Part shown: piece after piece, positions 1 to 10,004 of the stretch
Position numbering within the stretch: the stretch's first letter is position 1
How the letters are laid out: every line of letters begins with the position of its first letter
From: Dehalococcoidia bacterium
Lineage (GTDB): Bacteria > Chloroflexota > Dehalococcoidia > Bin125
DNA length: 64,000 nucleotides
Assembly (NCBI GenBank): GCA_963662615.2
Contig: CAXXSR010000001.1
Location: forward strand, 576,001 to 640,000
Direction: 5' to 3'
The notes under the pieces: model-generated
What the model saw: only the letters and a program-made list of their open reading frames with translations
Told to the model about the DNA's origin: nothing
Databases searched by the model: none
Made by a program: the position numbers and the translations under genes

Positions 1-1
1 C

Positions 2-502
2 ACCGAACCCTCGTGTCTGCTCACGCTCCGCGATGAATACCCTGACCTCGTGGGCGGTCCGGCCGCGGAGAGCGTCGCGGGCCGAGCGCTCATGCTCGAG
101 GAGCTGCTGGCCGGACTCCTGGACGATGGGTTGGAGGCGGGAGAGATTTTCAGGCCCGGCGACCGCCCCCCGGTCGTCCTGCACGGCCACTGCCATCAGA
201 AAGCGATCGCCGGCATGGACGCCACTCTGCGCGCGCTCCGCGCCGCCGGTTACGACGTCGATCTAATTGACTCAGGCTGCTGCGGCATGGCGGGATCGTT
301 TGGCTTCGAGGCGGAGCATTACGACATCTCCCGCGCCATGGGGGCGTATCGGCTGTTTCCGGCGATTGAGGCCGCGGACGCCGGCGCGATCATCGCAATC
401 ACCGGCGCGTCCTGCCGCCAGCAGATCGACGACTTCACCGACAGGTCGCCTCGTCACGCGGTCGAACTGCTGGCCGATGCGCTGGGCCGCTCTGCGCGCT
501 GA
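2..502 (+). CDS. FAD/Fe-S-binding oxidoreductase, C-terminal CCG domain (5'-partial; begins before the window)
   Basis: Frame is open from position 2 (TEPSCLLTLRDEYPDL). Motifs HGHCHQKA, SGCCGMAGSFGFE and GASCRQQI are typical of GlcF/YdiJ-type C-termini. Confidence 0.85.
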   Translation, partial: TEPSCLLTLRDEYPDLVGGPAAESVAGRALMLEELLAGLLDDGLEAGEIFRPGDRPPVVLHGHCHQKAIAGMDATLRALRAAGYDVDLIDSGCCGMAGSFGFEAEHYDISRAMGAYRLFPAIEAADAGAIIAITGASCRQQIDDFTDRSPRHAVELLADALGRSAR

Positions 503-527
503 GAACGGCGCGCGGAGAACGGAGCTG

Positions 528-1499
528 CTAGAAGATCGCGAGCGGGTTCAGCGGTGAGGCAGTGCCCCGCTCCAGCCGCAACGGCGCCAGCGTGAGCAGG
601 AACTCCCAGCGGTTGCGCTCGCGGCAGGCCGCCATCAGCCGGCCCAGCTGCATGTTGTCGATCAGGTGCACCCCCAGGTACGGCAGCACGATCTGATGGA
701 CCGGCATGGGCCAGCCCTTCACGTCGTGGGGGATGGCGTCGGAGAAGCCGTCGCAGCCCAACACCGCAATGTCGCGCTCGCGCAGCCAGGGGATGCAGTC
801 CGTGCCCAGCCCGGCCATTCCTTCCTCGAAACTCAACGCGCCGTGGGCCTCGCGGTGGGCGTCCCGCCCGATCGCGATGAGGAGGATGTCGCCCGCCTCC
901 ACGCGCACGCCCTGGCGCTCCTCGGCCGCCTCCAGCTCGCCGCGGCCGATGCGCTCGCCCGGCTCCAGCCACTCGACGCCGCGCAGGCCGGGGATGTCGA
1001 GCAGCACGCCTCGGCTGACGATGCCGTTCTTGCCGGACATGATGCTGTTGCGGTGGGCGCCGTTGCTTCGCACCTCACTGACGTCGAAGCCGTTGTAGAT
1101 CTTCCCCCGCACGGAGATGTGGCAGAGCGCGTCCAAATGGGTGTTGGCACGCCCGTGCGGCGCGATGGCGAAGTAGTCGGCAATGGAGGCGAGATCGGGG
1201 AGGCGCGGGCGGCCGGGGACGACGGCGCCTGCCGGTACGTCGCCGGCCCTCATCATCAGGTGCGTCACCGGCATGGGGTTGTCCACCGCCGGCGTCACCG
1301 CGAGAGGGAGGGAGCAGCTGACCGCAGTGCCCTCGCTGACCAGCGCTGCCGCGGCGGCCAGCTTGGCGCCGGTGATCAGGTTGAGTGCGCCGCGTTCGTC
1401 CTCGGCGCCCCAGCGCCCCCAGTTCGAGACTTGCTGCGCCATGGCGTCCAGGTCGGCTGTGGTGAGGGTGGCGCTGGCGCTGACGTCGGCGTCGGCCAT
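528..1499 (-). CDS. Cyclase-family (kynurenine formamidase-like) metal-dependent hydrolase
   Basis: NWGRWGAEDERGALN, HG..THLDALCH, RGVLLDIP and GTASPLNPLA motifs. Confidence 0.88.
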   Translation of the reverse strand: MADADVSASATLTTADLDAMAQQVSNWGRWGAEDERGALNLITGAKLAAAAALVSEGTAVSCSLPLAVTPAVDNPMPVTHLMMRAGDVPAGAVVPGRPRLPDLASIADYFAIAPHGRANTHLDALCHISVRGKIYNGFDVSEVRSNGAHRNSIMSGKNGIVSRGVLLDIPGLRGVEWLEPGERIGRGELEAAEERQGVRVEAGDILLIAIGRDAHREAHGALSFEEGMAGLGTDCIPWLRERDIAVLGCDGFSDAIPHDVKGWPMPVHQIVLPYLGVHLIDNMQLGRLMAACRERNRWEFLLTLAPLRLERGTASPLNPLAIF

Positions 1500-1554
1500 C
1501 GCACGTCCTTCCCATTCCCCGCGCCGATTGCCCGCGACTGCAATGGCGGGCCGT

Positions 1555-2310
1555 TTACGCCCCCACGACGCGATTGCGGAGGAGGCCCAGCCCGTCCGCC
1601 TCCACTTCGATCACGTCGCCGGGACGCATGGGACCGTGGGCGGCGGCGGTGCAGCCGGTCGTGATCACGTCGCCCGGCTCCAGCGTCATGACGCTGGAGA
1701 TGTAGGCCACCTGCGTGGGCACGTCGTAGACCAACTCCGCGACCTTGGAGCTGCCTACGTAGACGCCGTTCTTGCGCACGTTGACCAGCGCTTGGGTCGG
1801 ATCGAGGTCGGTGTTGATGATCGGGCCGAAGGGAAAGAAGGTGTCGTAGGCTTTGGCCCGGCCGATCTGGCCGTCCTCGGCCGCCATCGCCTCGGGTGCG
1901 GTGACGTCGTTGCCAAGGACGTAACCGAGGACGTAGTGCAATGCGTCGTCCCGCGACACGTTGCGGGCCCGACGGCCGATCACGACCGCCAGCTCCCCGT
2001 CGAAGGCGATCGCCTCCATGCCCGCGGGCACGACGATGTCGTCGTCTGGCCCCCCGGCGGCGCCGGACGGTTTCAGGAAGATGCGAGGGTTCTCGTAGAG
2101 GAATTGGTCCGCCACGCCGCGATAGCCGGGTCCGACGCCGATGATCTTGCTCGGCTGCGAGGGCGCCAGCAGCTTGAGGTCGCCGAGGGGCGCGACATAG
2201 CCCCCGGCACGGTACTCGCCGAACGGGTCGCCCTCCAAGCGGCAGACCGTGTCGCCGGCCATGACGCCGTACGCCGACGCGCCCTCGTATTCGTAGCGGC
2301 AGATCAGCAT
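1555..2310 (-). CDS. Fumarylacetoacetate hydrolase family protein
   Basis: PSKIIGVG, IFLKP, GELAVVIG, NDVTA, AKAYDTFFPFGP and TLEPGDVI motifs. Confidence 0.9.
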   Translation of the reverse strand: MLICRYEYEGASAYGVMAGDTVCRLEGDPFGEYRAGGYVAPLGDLKLLAPSQPSKIIGVGPGYRGVADQFLYENPRIFLKPSGAAGGPDDDIVVPAGMEAIAFDGELAVVIGRRARNVSRDDALHYVLGYVLGNDVTAPEAMAAEDGQIGRAKAYDTFFPFGPIINTDLDPTQALVNVRKNGVYVGSSKVAELVYDVPTQVAYISSVMTLEPGDVITTGCTAAAHGPMRPGDVIEVEADGLGLLRNRVVGA

Positions 2311-2456
2311 CGCTCGCCCCTTCCCTGCATGCCGGTGGGCCGCAGCCTAATCGACCCGGGCGGCGGGCGCCAGGCGCCCCAAACCTGAGCGACGCCCCCT
2401 CGGCCGGCACGATCCGAGGCATCAAAGGCGGGGCAGCCGCGGCGGCGGTGCGGCTC

Positions 2457-3248
2457 TCAGCAAAAGGTCACGGCGCCCGCGCTTGGCAGCAAGTTCATCA
2501 CAGCGTCGGCGATGGCCTGCGGAGCTTCTGCCGGGATCTGGTGGCCCGCGCCCTCCACGACTTCGACCTTCGAACATTCCGACAGCGCGGCCAGGCGTTC
2601 CTGGCCAGCGGTCCAGGCCGCGGTGACGCCGCGCCCTCGCACGAGCACGATCACCGGTGCGCCGCCCGGCAATCGAGCGATCGTTGCGACCGCGGCCTCC
2701 ACCGCCCGCAGGTCGAGGTCCTCGTCGGCCATAGGGACCTCCTCCCAGTCTCCCAAGCCGGTGCCGCCTAGCAGGCCGACCGACGGGTCGAGGGCGTCGA
2801 CGAACACTAGGCCGCGGATCCGTTCGGGGTGACGGTCGGCGTACACCCGCGCCAGGTACGCGCCGAAGGAATGCGCTACGAGGATGACCTGGTTGTCGCC
2901 GGCTGCGTGATCAACGATTGCCTCCAACTCGGTGTCGAGGTCGGCCGCATCCCGCCTAGGTACACTCGGCGGGTCACTGTCGCCGGTGCCGGGCCGGTCG
3001 TAGCGGCAGACGCGCGCGTGCGGGGACAGCCGCGCCTGCACCTCGAGCCACTGGGCCGACGACGCGTCGTCGCCGATGCCGTTGATCAGGACGACGGCCG
3101 GTCCCTGGCCAGCACACGAGACCTGCTGTGAGCCGGCGGGGACCTCCAGCGCCGCAATGCGCTCCTCCAGGTCGGACGTGTCGGTCGCACAGGCCGCGTG
3201 CAGGAGGGAGAGGGCGAAGACAACGAGCAGCGCGGCCTTCATGGCCAC
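2457..3248 (-). CDS. Alpha/beta hydrolase, probable lipoprotein
   Basis: Signal peptide with lipobox-like LHAAC; VCRYDRPGTG; nucleophile elbow AHSFG; C-terminal GAGH. Confidence 0.85.
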   Translation of the reverse strand: MAMKAALLVVFALSLLHAACATDTSDLEERIAALEVPAGSQQVSCAGQGPAVVLINGIGDDASSAQWLEVQARLSPHARVCRYDRPGTGDSDPPSVPRRDAADLDTELEAIVDHAAGDNQVILVAHSFGAYLARVYADRHPERIRGLVFVDALDPSVGLLGGTGLGDWEEVPMADEDLDLRAVEAAVATIARLPGGAPVIVLVRGRGVTAAWTAGQERLAALSECSKVEVVEGAGHQIPAEAPQAIADAVMNLLPSAGAVTFC

Positions 3249-3341
3249 ATGCTAGAGCGGACCTGCACGACTTCACGCCGCCGTCCACGCGAACACGCCC
3301 AGCCCTCACTCCGCGGGCCGCCGTAGCGGACGCTCATTGGT

Positions 3342-3515
3342 TCAGCGCCGGCCTTTCGCCAAACGTTGCTGGTCTCGCGAACGCCCTGACGCATCGGGAT
3401 TCGTCGACCGGCGGATCTCCGGCGCCGGCGGACGTAGTCTCCCCTTCGCACGACGGCGCCGCTCGGCACGGTTCGCCGGCGCCTCTTCGGTCTCCATCTT
3501 CGGCTTCTCAGCCAT
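3342..3515 (-). CDS. Small basic hypothetical protein (57 aa)
   Basis: GGAGG RBS before ATG; MAEKPKMETEEAPANRAERRRRAKG. Confidence 0.5.
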   Translation of the reverse strand: MAEKPKMETEEAPANRAERRRRAKGRLRPPAPEIRRSTNPDASGRSRDQQRLAKGRR

Positions 3516-3599
3516 CGCGCCTCCACTCTCCCTCAGACGCGGAAGTGTTTGGCATCCGCCGGGTCCTCTTGGCACGGTAACACCCTGTTCGCAGCCCGC

Positions 3600-3802
3600 G
3601 ACGCCATGAGGTTTTGCCCGCCGACGACCTCTCGCATGCGCTCTGGATCGTGCCGGGCGGGGCGAGCGGCGTGCCTGGGTCCGCGCACTACAGCGACCAG
3701 TTGGAGCGCTGGCGCCTGCACCTGCTCGCCCCCATGCACTATGAAGCGGCCGAGGTGAGGACGGCGGCGCTTCACTCGTTGCGCTTGGCGCCCTCTACCT
3801 AG
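3600..3802 (+). pseudogene. Remnant of a penicillin acylase (Ntn hydrolase) C-terminus
   Basis: WIVPGGASGVPGSAHYSDQLERW..PMHY matches the penicillin-acylase C-terminal GxSG..PxSPHYxDQ motif; the remaining several hundred residues are absent. Confidence 0.7.
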
Positions 3803-3836
3803 CACGCTCGGCCTAGCGGCCGCGCACAGCAGGCGC

Positions 3837-4025
3837 TCATTCCGGCGAGCGGGCACGCGATGACGTGGGGGCTGCGAGGGAAGAGCGGCCCTGCGCGTAG
3901 GCGCGGGCGACGTCGATGGCGCGCTCAAAGCGGACCTGGGGCCGCGAGCGGATATGGCAGATCAGCTGTTCCAACATCTGCAGCCGGCCGGGCCGCCCGA
4001 TCAGGTGCGGATGCATCGTCAGCAC
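3837..4025 (-). pseudogene. Remnant of a polysaccharide deacetylase (PuuE/PgdA-like) C-terminus
   Basis: LTMHPHLIGRPGRLQMLEQLI..VRF..DVA matches the NodB-family C-terminal motif; N-terminus absent. Confidence 0.7.
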
Positions 4026-4166
4026 GAGCGGTCGCCCAACGCGGTGGCGGTACCACGATCCGGGATCCAGTGCGGAAAGCGGGACGAGGCCTGAGGGTCC
4101 TACGCTAAGCCAAGAGCTCAGCCAAGAGCCAAGGCTGGTCGGAGACAGCGGAGGAGCGCCCCGTCT

Positions 4167-5360
4167 ATGCGACGAAGCCGTGGGTTCAAGTCCCTCCTCG
4201 TCCCCTCCGCCTCCGCGATCACCGCCGCGATTACCGCAGCGATCGTGACCGCCGTGCTCGTCGTGACCTTCGACGACGACGACGCCACGACCGTCGTGCC
4301 GGCCCCGCTCCCAGCCGCACCGTCAGCCACACCGTCAGCTACGGCGACGCCGGCGGTCGCGGATGCGGCGCCCAGTTCGGAGCCGCGCGCATCCGCCGAC
4401 CCCAATGCGGCCGATGCGGCCGCCCTGGAGTCGAAGCCGGCCGTCCTTGGCACCAGCGACCAGGGGGCGCGGGCTGCGGCAGCTCCGTTCGACCCGGTGC
4501 GGCTGTTCCAGGACGTGAGCCCGTCCGTGGTCGCCGTGCGGGTGGGCCTCGGCGGCGGGGGGAGCGGCTTCTTCGTCGATACCGAAGGCCACATCGTCAC
4601 GGCCTATCGCCAGGTGCGAGGAGCGCTCGCGGTCGACGTCGTGACCGCCGACGGGACGGAGCTAATCGCGCGCGTCCTGGGCTTTGACCGGGTCAACGAC
4701 GTCGCGGTGCTGGCAGTGGACCCCACGGGACTCGCGATCGGTGCGGTCACGCTGGCGGACTCCGACACCGTGCGGGTCGGGGATCCGCTGGCAGTCATTG
4801 GCACGCCGTTCGGCCTGCCGACCAGCCTGACCACGGGCGTCGTCTCGGCGATCGAGCGAACCTTGCCGGGGCCCACGGTTGGCGGTCGGCCGCAGCGCCG
4901 GCTGATCCAGACGGACGCGGCGATCAACCCGGGCAACGCGGGCGGCGTCCTGATCAACGCTGCCGGGGAGGTCATTGGGATGACGGCAGGCGTGGTGAGT
5001 CCCGTGGGCGCCAACGTCGGCGTGGCCTTCGCCATCCCCTCCAACATCCTCAGGCGCTTCCTGCCGCGGATGATCGCGGGCGAACAGGTCCGCCATCCCT
5101 GGATGGGCCTCGCCTTCCTTGAAGATCCCCAGGAGCCGGGGCTCGTCATCGCCAGCCTGGTCCTGGGCAGCCCCGCGGATCGGGCGGGCCTGCGTCCGGG
5201 CGACCGCCTGATCGGTCTGAACGGCGACGCCCTGGCGGAGTTCACGCAGCTGGCGCGGACCTTGGACGAGAGCGATGTCGGAGACATCCTCGACTTTGAG
5301 GTTGCGCGCGGCGCCCGCACGTTCATCGCGCGGCTGGAGTTGGTTGCCTCGCCGGGCTAG
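4167..5360 (+). CDS. HtrA/DegP-like trypsin-fold protein with PDZ domain and N-terminal membrane anchor; catalytic His and Ser substituted
   Basis: GSGFFV, DVAVL, SLTTGVVSA, IQTDAAINPGNAGG (Ser to Ala), VTAYRQV (His to Arg), and PDZ GSPADRAGLRPGD. Confidence 0.88.
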   Translation: MRRSRGFKSLLVPSASAITAAITAAIVTAVLVVTFDDDDATTVVPAPLPAAPSATPSATATPAVADAAPSSEPRASADPNAADAAALESKPAVLGTSDQGARAAAAPFDPVRLFQDVSPSVVAVRVGLGGGGSGFFVDTEGHIVTAYRQVRGALAVDVVTADGTELIARVLGFDRVNDVAVLAVDPTGLAIGAVTLADSDTVRVGDPLAVIGTPFGLPTSLTTGVVSAIERTLPGPTVGGRPQRRLIQTDAAINPGNAGGVLINAAGEVIGMTAGVVSPVGANVGVAFAIPSNILRRFLPRMIAGEQVRHPWMGLAFLEDPQEPGLVIASLVLGSPADRAGLRPGDRLIGLNGDALAEFTQLARTLDESDVGDILDFEVARGARTFIARLELVASPG

Positions 5361-5390
5361 TCGGCGCGATGGGCAAGCTGCGCGGCTCGC

Positions 5391-6251
5391 TCAGCCCACC
5401 GCGTCCTTGTAGCGGCGGATCGCGTCCAGGTGGGCCTGCGGGCCCGACAGCCCGGCGTCCATGGTCACGACCGCCATGTGCGTGGCGCCCATGCCTTCCC
5501 ACCGCTCTAGGCTGCGCCGCCAGCCGTCCGGGTCGCCGTCTTGAATCCGGGTCCGGGCCTGGATCCCGAAGCGCTCTCGGCGGCCGGTCTCGTCCAGGTA
5601 CCCCTGCAGCCGCTCAACGACGTCCCGCTCGTGCTCCTCTGTTGTGGCGATCGCCATCCAACCGTCACCCATGCGGGCCGCGCGTCGCAGGACGGCATCC
5701 GCGCTGCCCCCGAACCAGATCGGGATCTGACGCGCCGGGCGAGGATTGAGCCCGGCCTTGGTGACCCGGTGCCAGCGGCCTTCGAAGCTGATCACGTCGT
5801 TGGCCCACAGCTCCCGCATCAGCTCGATCTGCTCCTCTTGCCGTCTGCCACGATTGCGAAAGTTTTCGCCCAGCGCTTCGTACTCCACCCAGTTCCAACC
5901 GGTGCCGACGCCGAGCCGGAGCCGGCCGCCGGAGAGGAGGTCCAGCTGTGCGGCCTGCTTGGCGACCAGGGCCGTCTGGCGCTGCGGCAGGATGATCACG
6001 GCCGGCGCCAGCTCAAGCGTGGTGGTGACGGCTGCCAGGAAGGCCAGCGTGACGAACGGCTCGTGGAAGCTGTGCTCCTTCGTGTACGGGCCTGGCAGCG
6101 GGTCAGGCCGATCGGGGTCGGCTCCCAAAACGTGGTCGTAGATCAACAGGTGGCTGTAGCCGAGCGCCTCCGCCGCCTGCGCGAAATCCCTGATCGCCGC
6201 CGGGTCCGCGCCGATCTCGGTCTGCGGGAACACGACGCCAAGTTCCATCAC
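5391..6251 (-). CDS. LLM-class F420-dependent oxidoreductase
   Basis: GVVFPQTEIG, YDHVLG, FHEPFV, GRLRLGVGTGWN and IPIWFGG motifs. Confidence 0.9.
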   Translation of the reverse strand: MMELGVVFPQTEIGADPAAIRDFAQAAEALGYSHLLIYDHVLGADPDRPDPLPGPYTKEHSFHEPFVTLAFLAAVTTTLELAPAVIILPQRQTALVAKQAAQLDLLSGGRLRLGVGTGWNWVEYEALGENFRNRGRRQEEQIELMRELWANDVISFEGRWHRVTKAGLNPRPARQIPIWFGGSADAVLRRAARMGDGWMAIATTEEHERDVVERLQGYLDETGRRERFGIQARTRIQDGDPDGWRRSLERWEGMGATHMAVVTMDAGLSGPQAHLDAIRRYKDAVG

Positions 6252-6323
6252 GGCACCTCAATTAATCTAGGCGGCGGCCGGCCACCAGCGGTATACACGT
6301 TGGACCGCGCACTGACCGAATCG

Positions 6324-6830
6324 TCACGCCCGAACCGGCCGGCTGAGGATCCGGCGTGCGTCCGCGCTTGTCGCCAGGGGCCGGCCCAGTTCCGTACTCA
6401 GCGCGGCGACCTCCTCCACCAGCTCCCTGTTCGCCGGCCGGCGCGGCCCGCTGTAATCCTCCAAGCCCTCGCGGACATGGCCACACCGCTCCAAGGCCAG
6501 CCGGGCCAGACCGCTCGCGACCACGTCGCCGCCCCGCACGGCCACGGCCCAGGGCAGGTCGCTGCCTTCGAGCATAGCCAGGTACGCTTCCAGGCTCGAC
6601 AGCGTGGGCGGCATCCCGAAGATGAGGCGGCCGCCCCCGAAGTAGAGCTTGACGATCGACCCCGGCGTGACCATCCCGGCCGCGTGGTAGGCCAGCACGA
6701 CACGCAAGAACCCCGGCTCAAAGATGGAGATGCTGGCGCCGCAACCGAGATCGTTGCAGGTATCAAACATGTAGCGGGCGTCTTTGTAGGTGTTGAGGTA
6801 GACGGCATCGACTCGCCTGCGGCTTCCTTG
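6324..6830 (-). pseudogene. Truncated beta-keto acid cleavage enzyme (BKACE/Kce-like), C-terminal half
   Basis: SIFEPGFLR, GHVREGLED and NRELVEEV..GRPLAT; the N-terminal Zn-binding HxH half is missing. Confidence 0.7.
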
Positions 6831-7012
6831 TGAACGGGGAGTTCCTGTCGGGCGGCTCAAAGATTGAGGTCGCACCGCGGTTGACCTGGTCTCTAGCGAC
6901 CGCTCTAATCTAAATGCGCACTCGCGTTAGCGTTATGATTGATCGTAACTCCCCGGGGAGCGGCATGAGGCCGTTGGGTCGCCCGGGCGCCGCTGCGCCC
7001 CTGATCGGGGTG

Positions 7013-8308
7013 ATGCGTCCCCAAAAGTCGGCTGCGTCACCGCAGCGGCACAGCGCCGCCTCCGCCGGACCGCGGATATGTCCGTTCTTCGGCGCCGGCG
7101 AGACGCCGGGGGCGCGACTCAAGGTGCCGGGGGCGCGACTCGAGGCGGACAAGGTCGTAGTCCATCCGCTTCTGGCGCTCACGGTGGTCGGGGCGACGGC
7201 CATGCCGACCTCTTCACGCTGTCTCGCCCTGGCTGATCGGCTCCCGCTGAGCGAAGCGATCCGTGCGCGCCTGTGCGTCGGGGGCTCGCACACAAGCTGC
7301 GCGCGCTACCGGTTCGCGAAATCCGCCGGTCCTACGCTCCCAGCTTCACGCGCGCCAGCCCGACGGCGGCGGCGGCCGTTCGTCTTGTGGTCGGCCTTTT
7401 CCGCAATCCTGATAACGGCTATCGCTCTCGTCGTCCTCTTGCTGATCGTGGATGGCGACGGCGGCCCCGCGCCGGCGGTGACTGCGCCGCTCGCCGAAAC
7501 CAGCCATGACGGTCAGGCAGTGGGACCGGACCCGGGAGGGCAGCGAGCGGGAGCCGCGGCGGCACCGGCAGCGCCGGTGCAAGATATGCCCCCGTCCGAC
7601 GCGCGGCTGGACTCCGAAGGCGCCACGACCTCACCAGAGGCGCCTCCGGCGGCCGCCGATGGAGGCGTCGACGAGCCGACGGTCTTGGAGCAGCCTCCCA
7701 CGCCGTCCACGCAGGGCCGCCGCGCCCAAGCCGACGCCCAAGCCGACGCCCGAGCCGACGCCCAAACCGACGGCCAAGCCGACGCCCAAACCGACGGCCA
7801 AGCCGACGCCCGAGCCGACGCCCGAGCAGACGCCCAAGCCGACGCCCAAGCGGAAGCGCTCCCGCCCAAGCCACAGGACGGGGAAGGCGAGGACGCGTCG
7901 GAGTTGAGCGCTTGGCCGGACGTGGTGGTCTGGCGGGTGCGGCCGGGCGATTCCCTTGCGGCCATCGCGCGCGAGTACAAGACGACGGTCGAGGCCATCG
8001 CCACCCTCAACGGTCTTGTCGATGCGGATTGGATCGTCGTGGGCCGGGCACTCCGTGTCCCGCGCGGGTACCCGCCCCCGGCGGCCGCCGACGCCCTCAC
8101 GGCCGAGGAGCTTCGTCACCTGCGCGACTGGTCCGATATCGTCGCCTGGCGAGTACGACCAGGGGACTCGCTTCGAGCCATCGCCGCGCAATTCGACACG
8201 TCCATCGCAGCGATCATCCAGCTCAACGGAATCGCCCATCGCGACCTCATCTTCGTGGGGCGACAGCTGCAGGTACCCCTCGGCTTTCTACCCGAAGAGC
8301 GCGGCTGA
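7013..8308 (+). CDS. Membrane-anchored LysM-domain protein (Cys-rich N-terminus, TM helix, low-complexity linker, 2 LysM domains); start uncertain (frame open from 6914)
   Basis: Two copies of WRVRPGDSLxAIA..TxxxAIxxLNGx..xIxVGxxLxVP; TM helix FVLWSAFSAILITAIALVVLLLIV; N-terminal CPFFG..C..C..C. Confidence 0.8.
   Translation: MRPQKSAASPQRHSAASAGPRICPFFGAGETPGARLKVPGARLEADKVVVHPLLALTVVGATAMPTSSRCLALADRLPLSEAIRARLCVGGSHTSCARYRFAKSAGPTLPASRAPARRRRRPFVLWSAFSAILITAIALVVLLLIVDGDGGPAPAVTAPLAETSHDGQAVGPDPGGQRAGAAAAPAAPVQDMPPSDARLDSEGATTSPEAPPAAADGGVDEPTVLEQPPTPSTQGRRAQADAQADARADAQTDGQADAQTDGQADARADARADAQADAQAEALPPKPQDGEGEDASELSAWPDVVVWRVRPGDSLAAIAREYKTTVEAIATLNGLVDADWIVVGRALRVPRGYPPPAAADALTAEELRHLRDWSDIVAWRVRPGDSLRAIAAQFDTSIAAIIQLNGIAHRDLIFVGRQLQVPLGFLPEERG
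7724..7855 (+). repeat. 11 x 12-bp tandem repeat (GCCCAAGCCGAC consensus) inside the LysM gene
   Basis: Read directly from the sequence; encodes (AQAD)n in the ORF frame. Confidence 0.9.
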
Positions 8309-8496
8309 GATCGGCGCTCGCCTGCGATGATCAACCTGCTGGCGGCACGGTGGCGGCTTCTTCGGCCGGCTTGCAGACCCGGTGGTGACGCGCATCGCCC
8401 TGCGCCAGTGGCGCTCCGACTTGGGCACCCTCAAGGACCTGCTCGAAGCCGGTGCCGCGGGCGGCGCGCCCTAGCGGGCCTACGTGATACCGATCA

Positions 8497-9507
8497 CTAC
8501 TTGATCCCGATCACCATCGACTCCGGGCCCGCCAGCGGCTCCACGCGCGTCTCCCGGAAGCCGGCCTCCTGCAACCATGCACGGCACTGGGCGCCCGTGT
8601 AGTCAAAGCCGCCCGGCGTCTCGATCAGCATGTTCAGGCTCATCAACAGGCCGAACGCGTTCACCCGTCGCTCGTCGTCAATGACGGCGCCGTAGACGAT
8701 GAGGGCGCCCTTTTCCGGGAGCGCGTCGTACGCCTTGCCGATCAACATCCGCTTTTCGTCCAAGTTCCAATCGTGGAGGATGTGCCCCATCACCAACACA
8801 TCGGCGGTCGGCATCGGGTCGGTAAAGAAGTCGCCGGCGTGGAACTGCAGCCGCTCCGACAGCCCAAATGATGCGACGTACTCCTCAAAGATTGGGCCCA
8901 CCGGCGGCAGATCGAAGCCGCCTCCCGTCAGATGCGCGTGCGCGCGCGCGATCTGCACCGGCAGCCCCCCTTGCGCCGTGCCCACGTCTATGAACGTCTT
9001 GTACTGGCTCCACGGGAAGCGCTGAGGCATCGCCGCGCCCACGCCAATGCTGAGCCCGGTCATGGCCTGCAAGAACGGCCGCAGCTGGGCCGGGTCGGCG
9101 TAGAGGGCGTCGAAGAAATTCCCGCCGTCCTTGGCCTCGTTCTGGGGGACACCGGTTTGCAGCGCTTCAGTAAGCAACCCCCAATTCGGGTACAGCCGCG
9201 CGTTCGCCATCTCCAATATCCCACCGATGTACGACGGCTTCGCCCGGTCCAGAAAGAGATCGCTCTCGCTGGTGTTGCGGTACGTCCCCTCATCCCGTTC
9301 CAGCATCCCCAACGCCACGAGTGCGTCCATAAAGTCGCGCGCGCCGGGATCGTGCAGCTTGAGCCGGTCGCGAACGTCGTCCGCGCTGAGAGGCCCCTTC
9401 GCCAGCTCGCTGAAGAGTCCCAGCTCCACCGCGGTCAGCAGCGTCTTGGAACCCCAGAACGCCATGCCCAGATGCATGATCCGCTCCGGAGTTGGCTGCG
9501 TGGTCAT
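8497..9507 (-). CDS. SAM-dependent O-methyltransferase (ASMT/Methyltransf_2 with dimerisation domain)
   Basis: [24 protein letters not shown] and GHILHDW motifs. Confidence 0.9.
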   Translation of the reverse strand: MTTQPTPERIMHLGMAFWGSKTLLTAVELGLFSELAKGPLSADDVRDRLKLHDPGARDFMDALVALGMLERDEGTYRNTSESDLFLDRAKPSYIGGILEMANARLYPNWGLLTEALQTGVPQNEAKDGGNFFDALYADPAQLRPFLQAMTGLSIGVGAAMPQRFPWSQYKTFIDVGTAQGGLPVQIARAHAHLTGGGFDLPPVGPIFEEYVASFGLSERLQFHAGDFFTDPMPTADVLVMGHILHDWNLDEKRMLIGKAYDALPEKGALIVYGAVIDDERRVNAFGLLMSLNMLIETPGGFDYTGAQCRAWLQEAGFRETRVEPLAGPESMVIGIK

Positions 9508-9554
9508 ATCGTGCCTCCGTTTCCCTCTCGTCCGATTGCTCACGTTGCCCGCCG

Positions 9555-10004
9555 CTACGACGCCGGCGACGTCGGCGGCCCCCGCACCTCCGTTGTATCG
9601 ATGATCGTCGGCGGCGTCGACAGTGTCTTGTGCACCGGGCAGCGGGTCGCAATGTAGGCTAGGCGGTCGCGCTGCTCCTCACTCAGGTCGCCTTCCAGCG
9701 CGATGGTGCGCCGAATCACTTCCACACGCCCCTCCTCCTGCTCCACCTCTGCGCAGTCCTGGGCGTAGACGCGGTCGTGCGACAGCTCCACGTGCACGGC
9801 GTCCAGCTTCCAGCCCTTGCGACGCGTGTACATCAGCAGCGTCATCGCCGTGCACGCGCCCAACGACGCCAGCAGCAGCTCGTACGGCGACGGCCCCAAG
9901 TCGTCGCCGGCCGGCGCGGGCTCGTCCGCGGTGAGGCTGTGGCGCTCGCTGCGGATGAGGGTCTCGTAGCGATCACCGACGCTGGTGACGGATACGTGTG
10001 CCAT
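9555..10004 (-). CDS. OsmC/Ohr family protein
   Basis: [20 protein letters not shown] and [11 protein letters not shown] (two conserved Cys). Confidence 0.9.
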   Translation of the reverse strand: MAHVSVTSVGDRYETLIRSERHSLTADEPAPAGDDLGPSPYELLLASLGACTAMTLLMYTRRKGWKLDAVHVELSHDRVYAQDCAEVEQEEGRVEVIRRTIALEGDLSEEQRDRLAYIATRCPVHKTLSTPPTIIDTTEVRGPPTSPAS

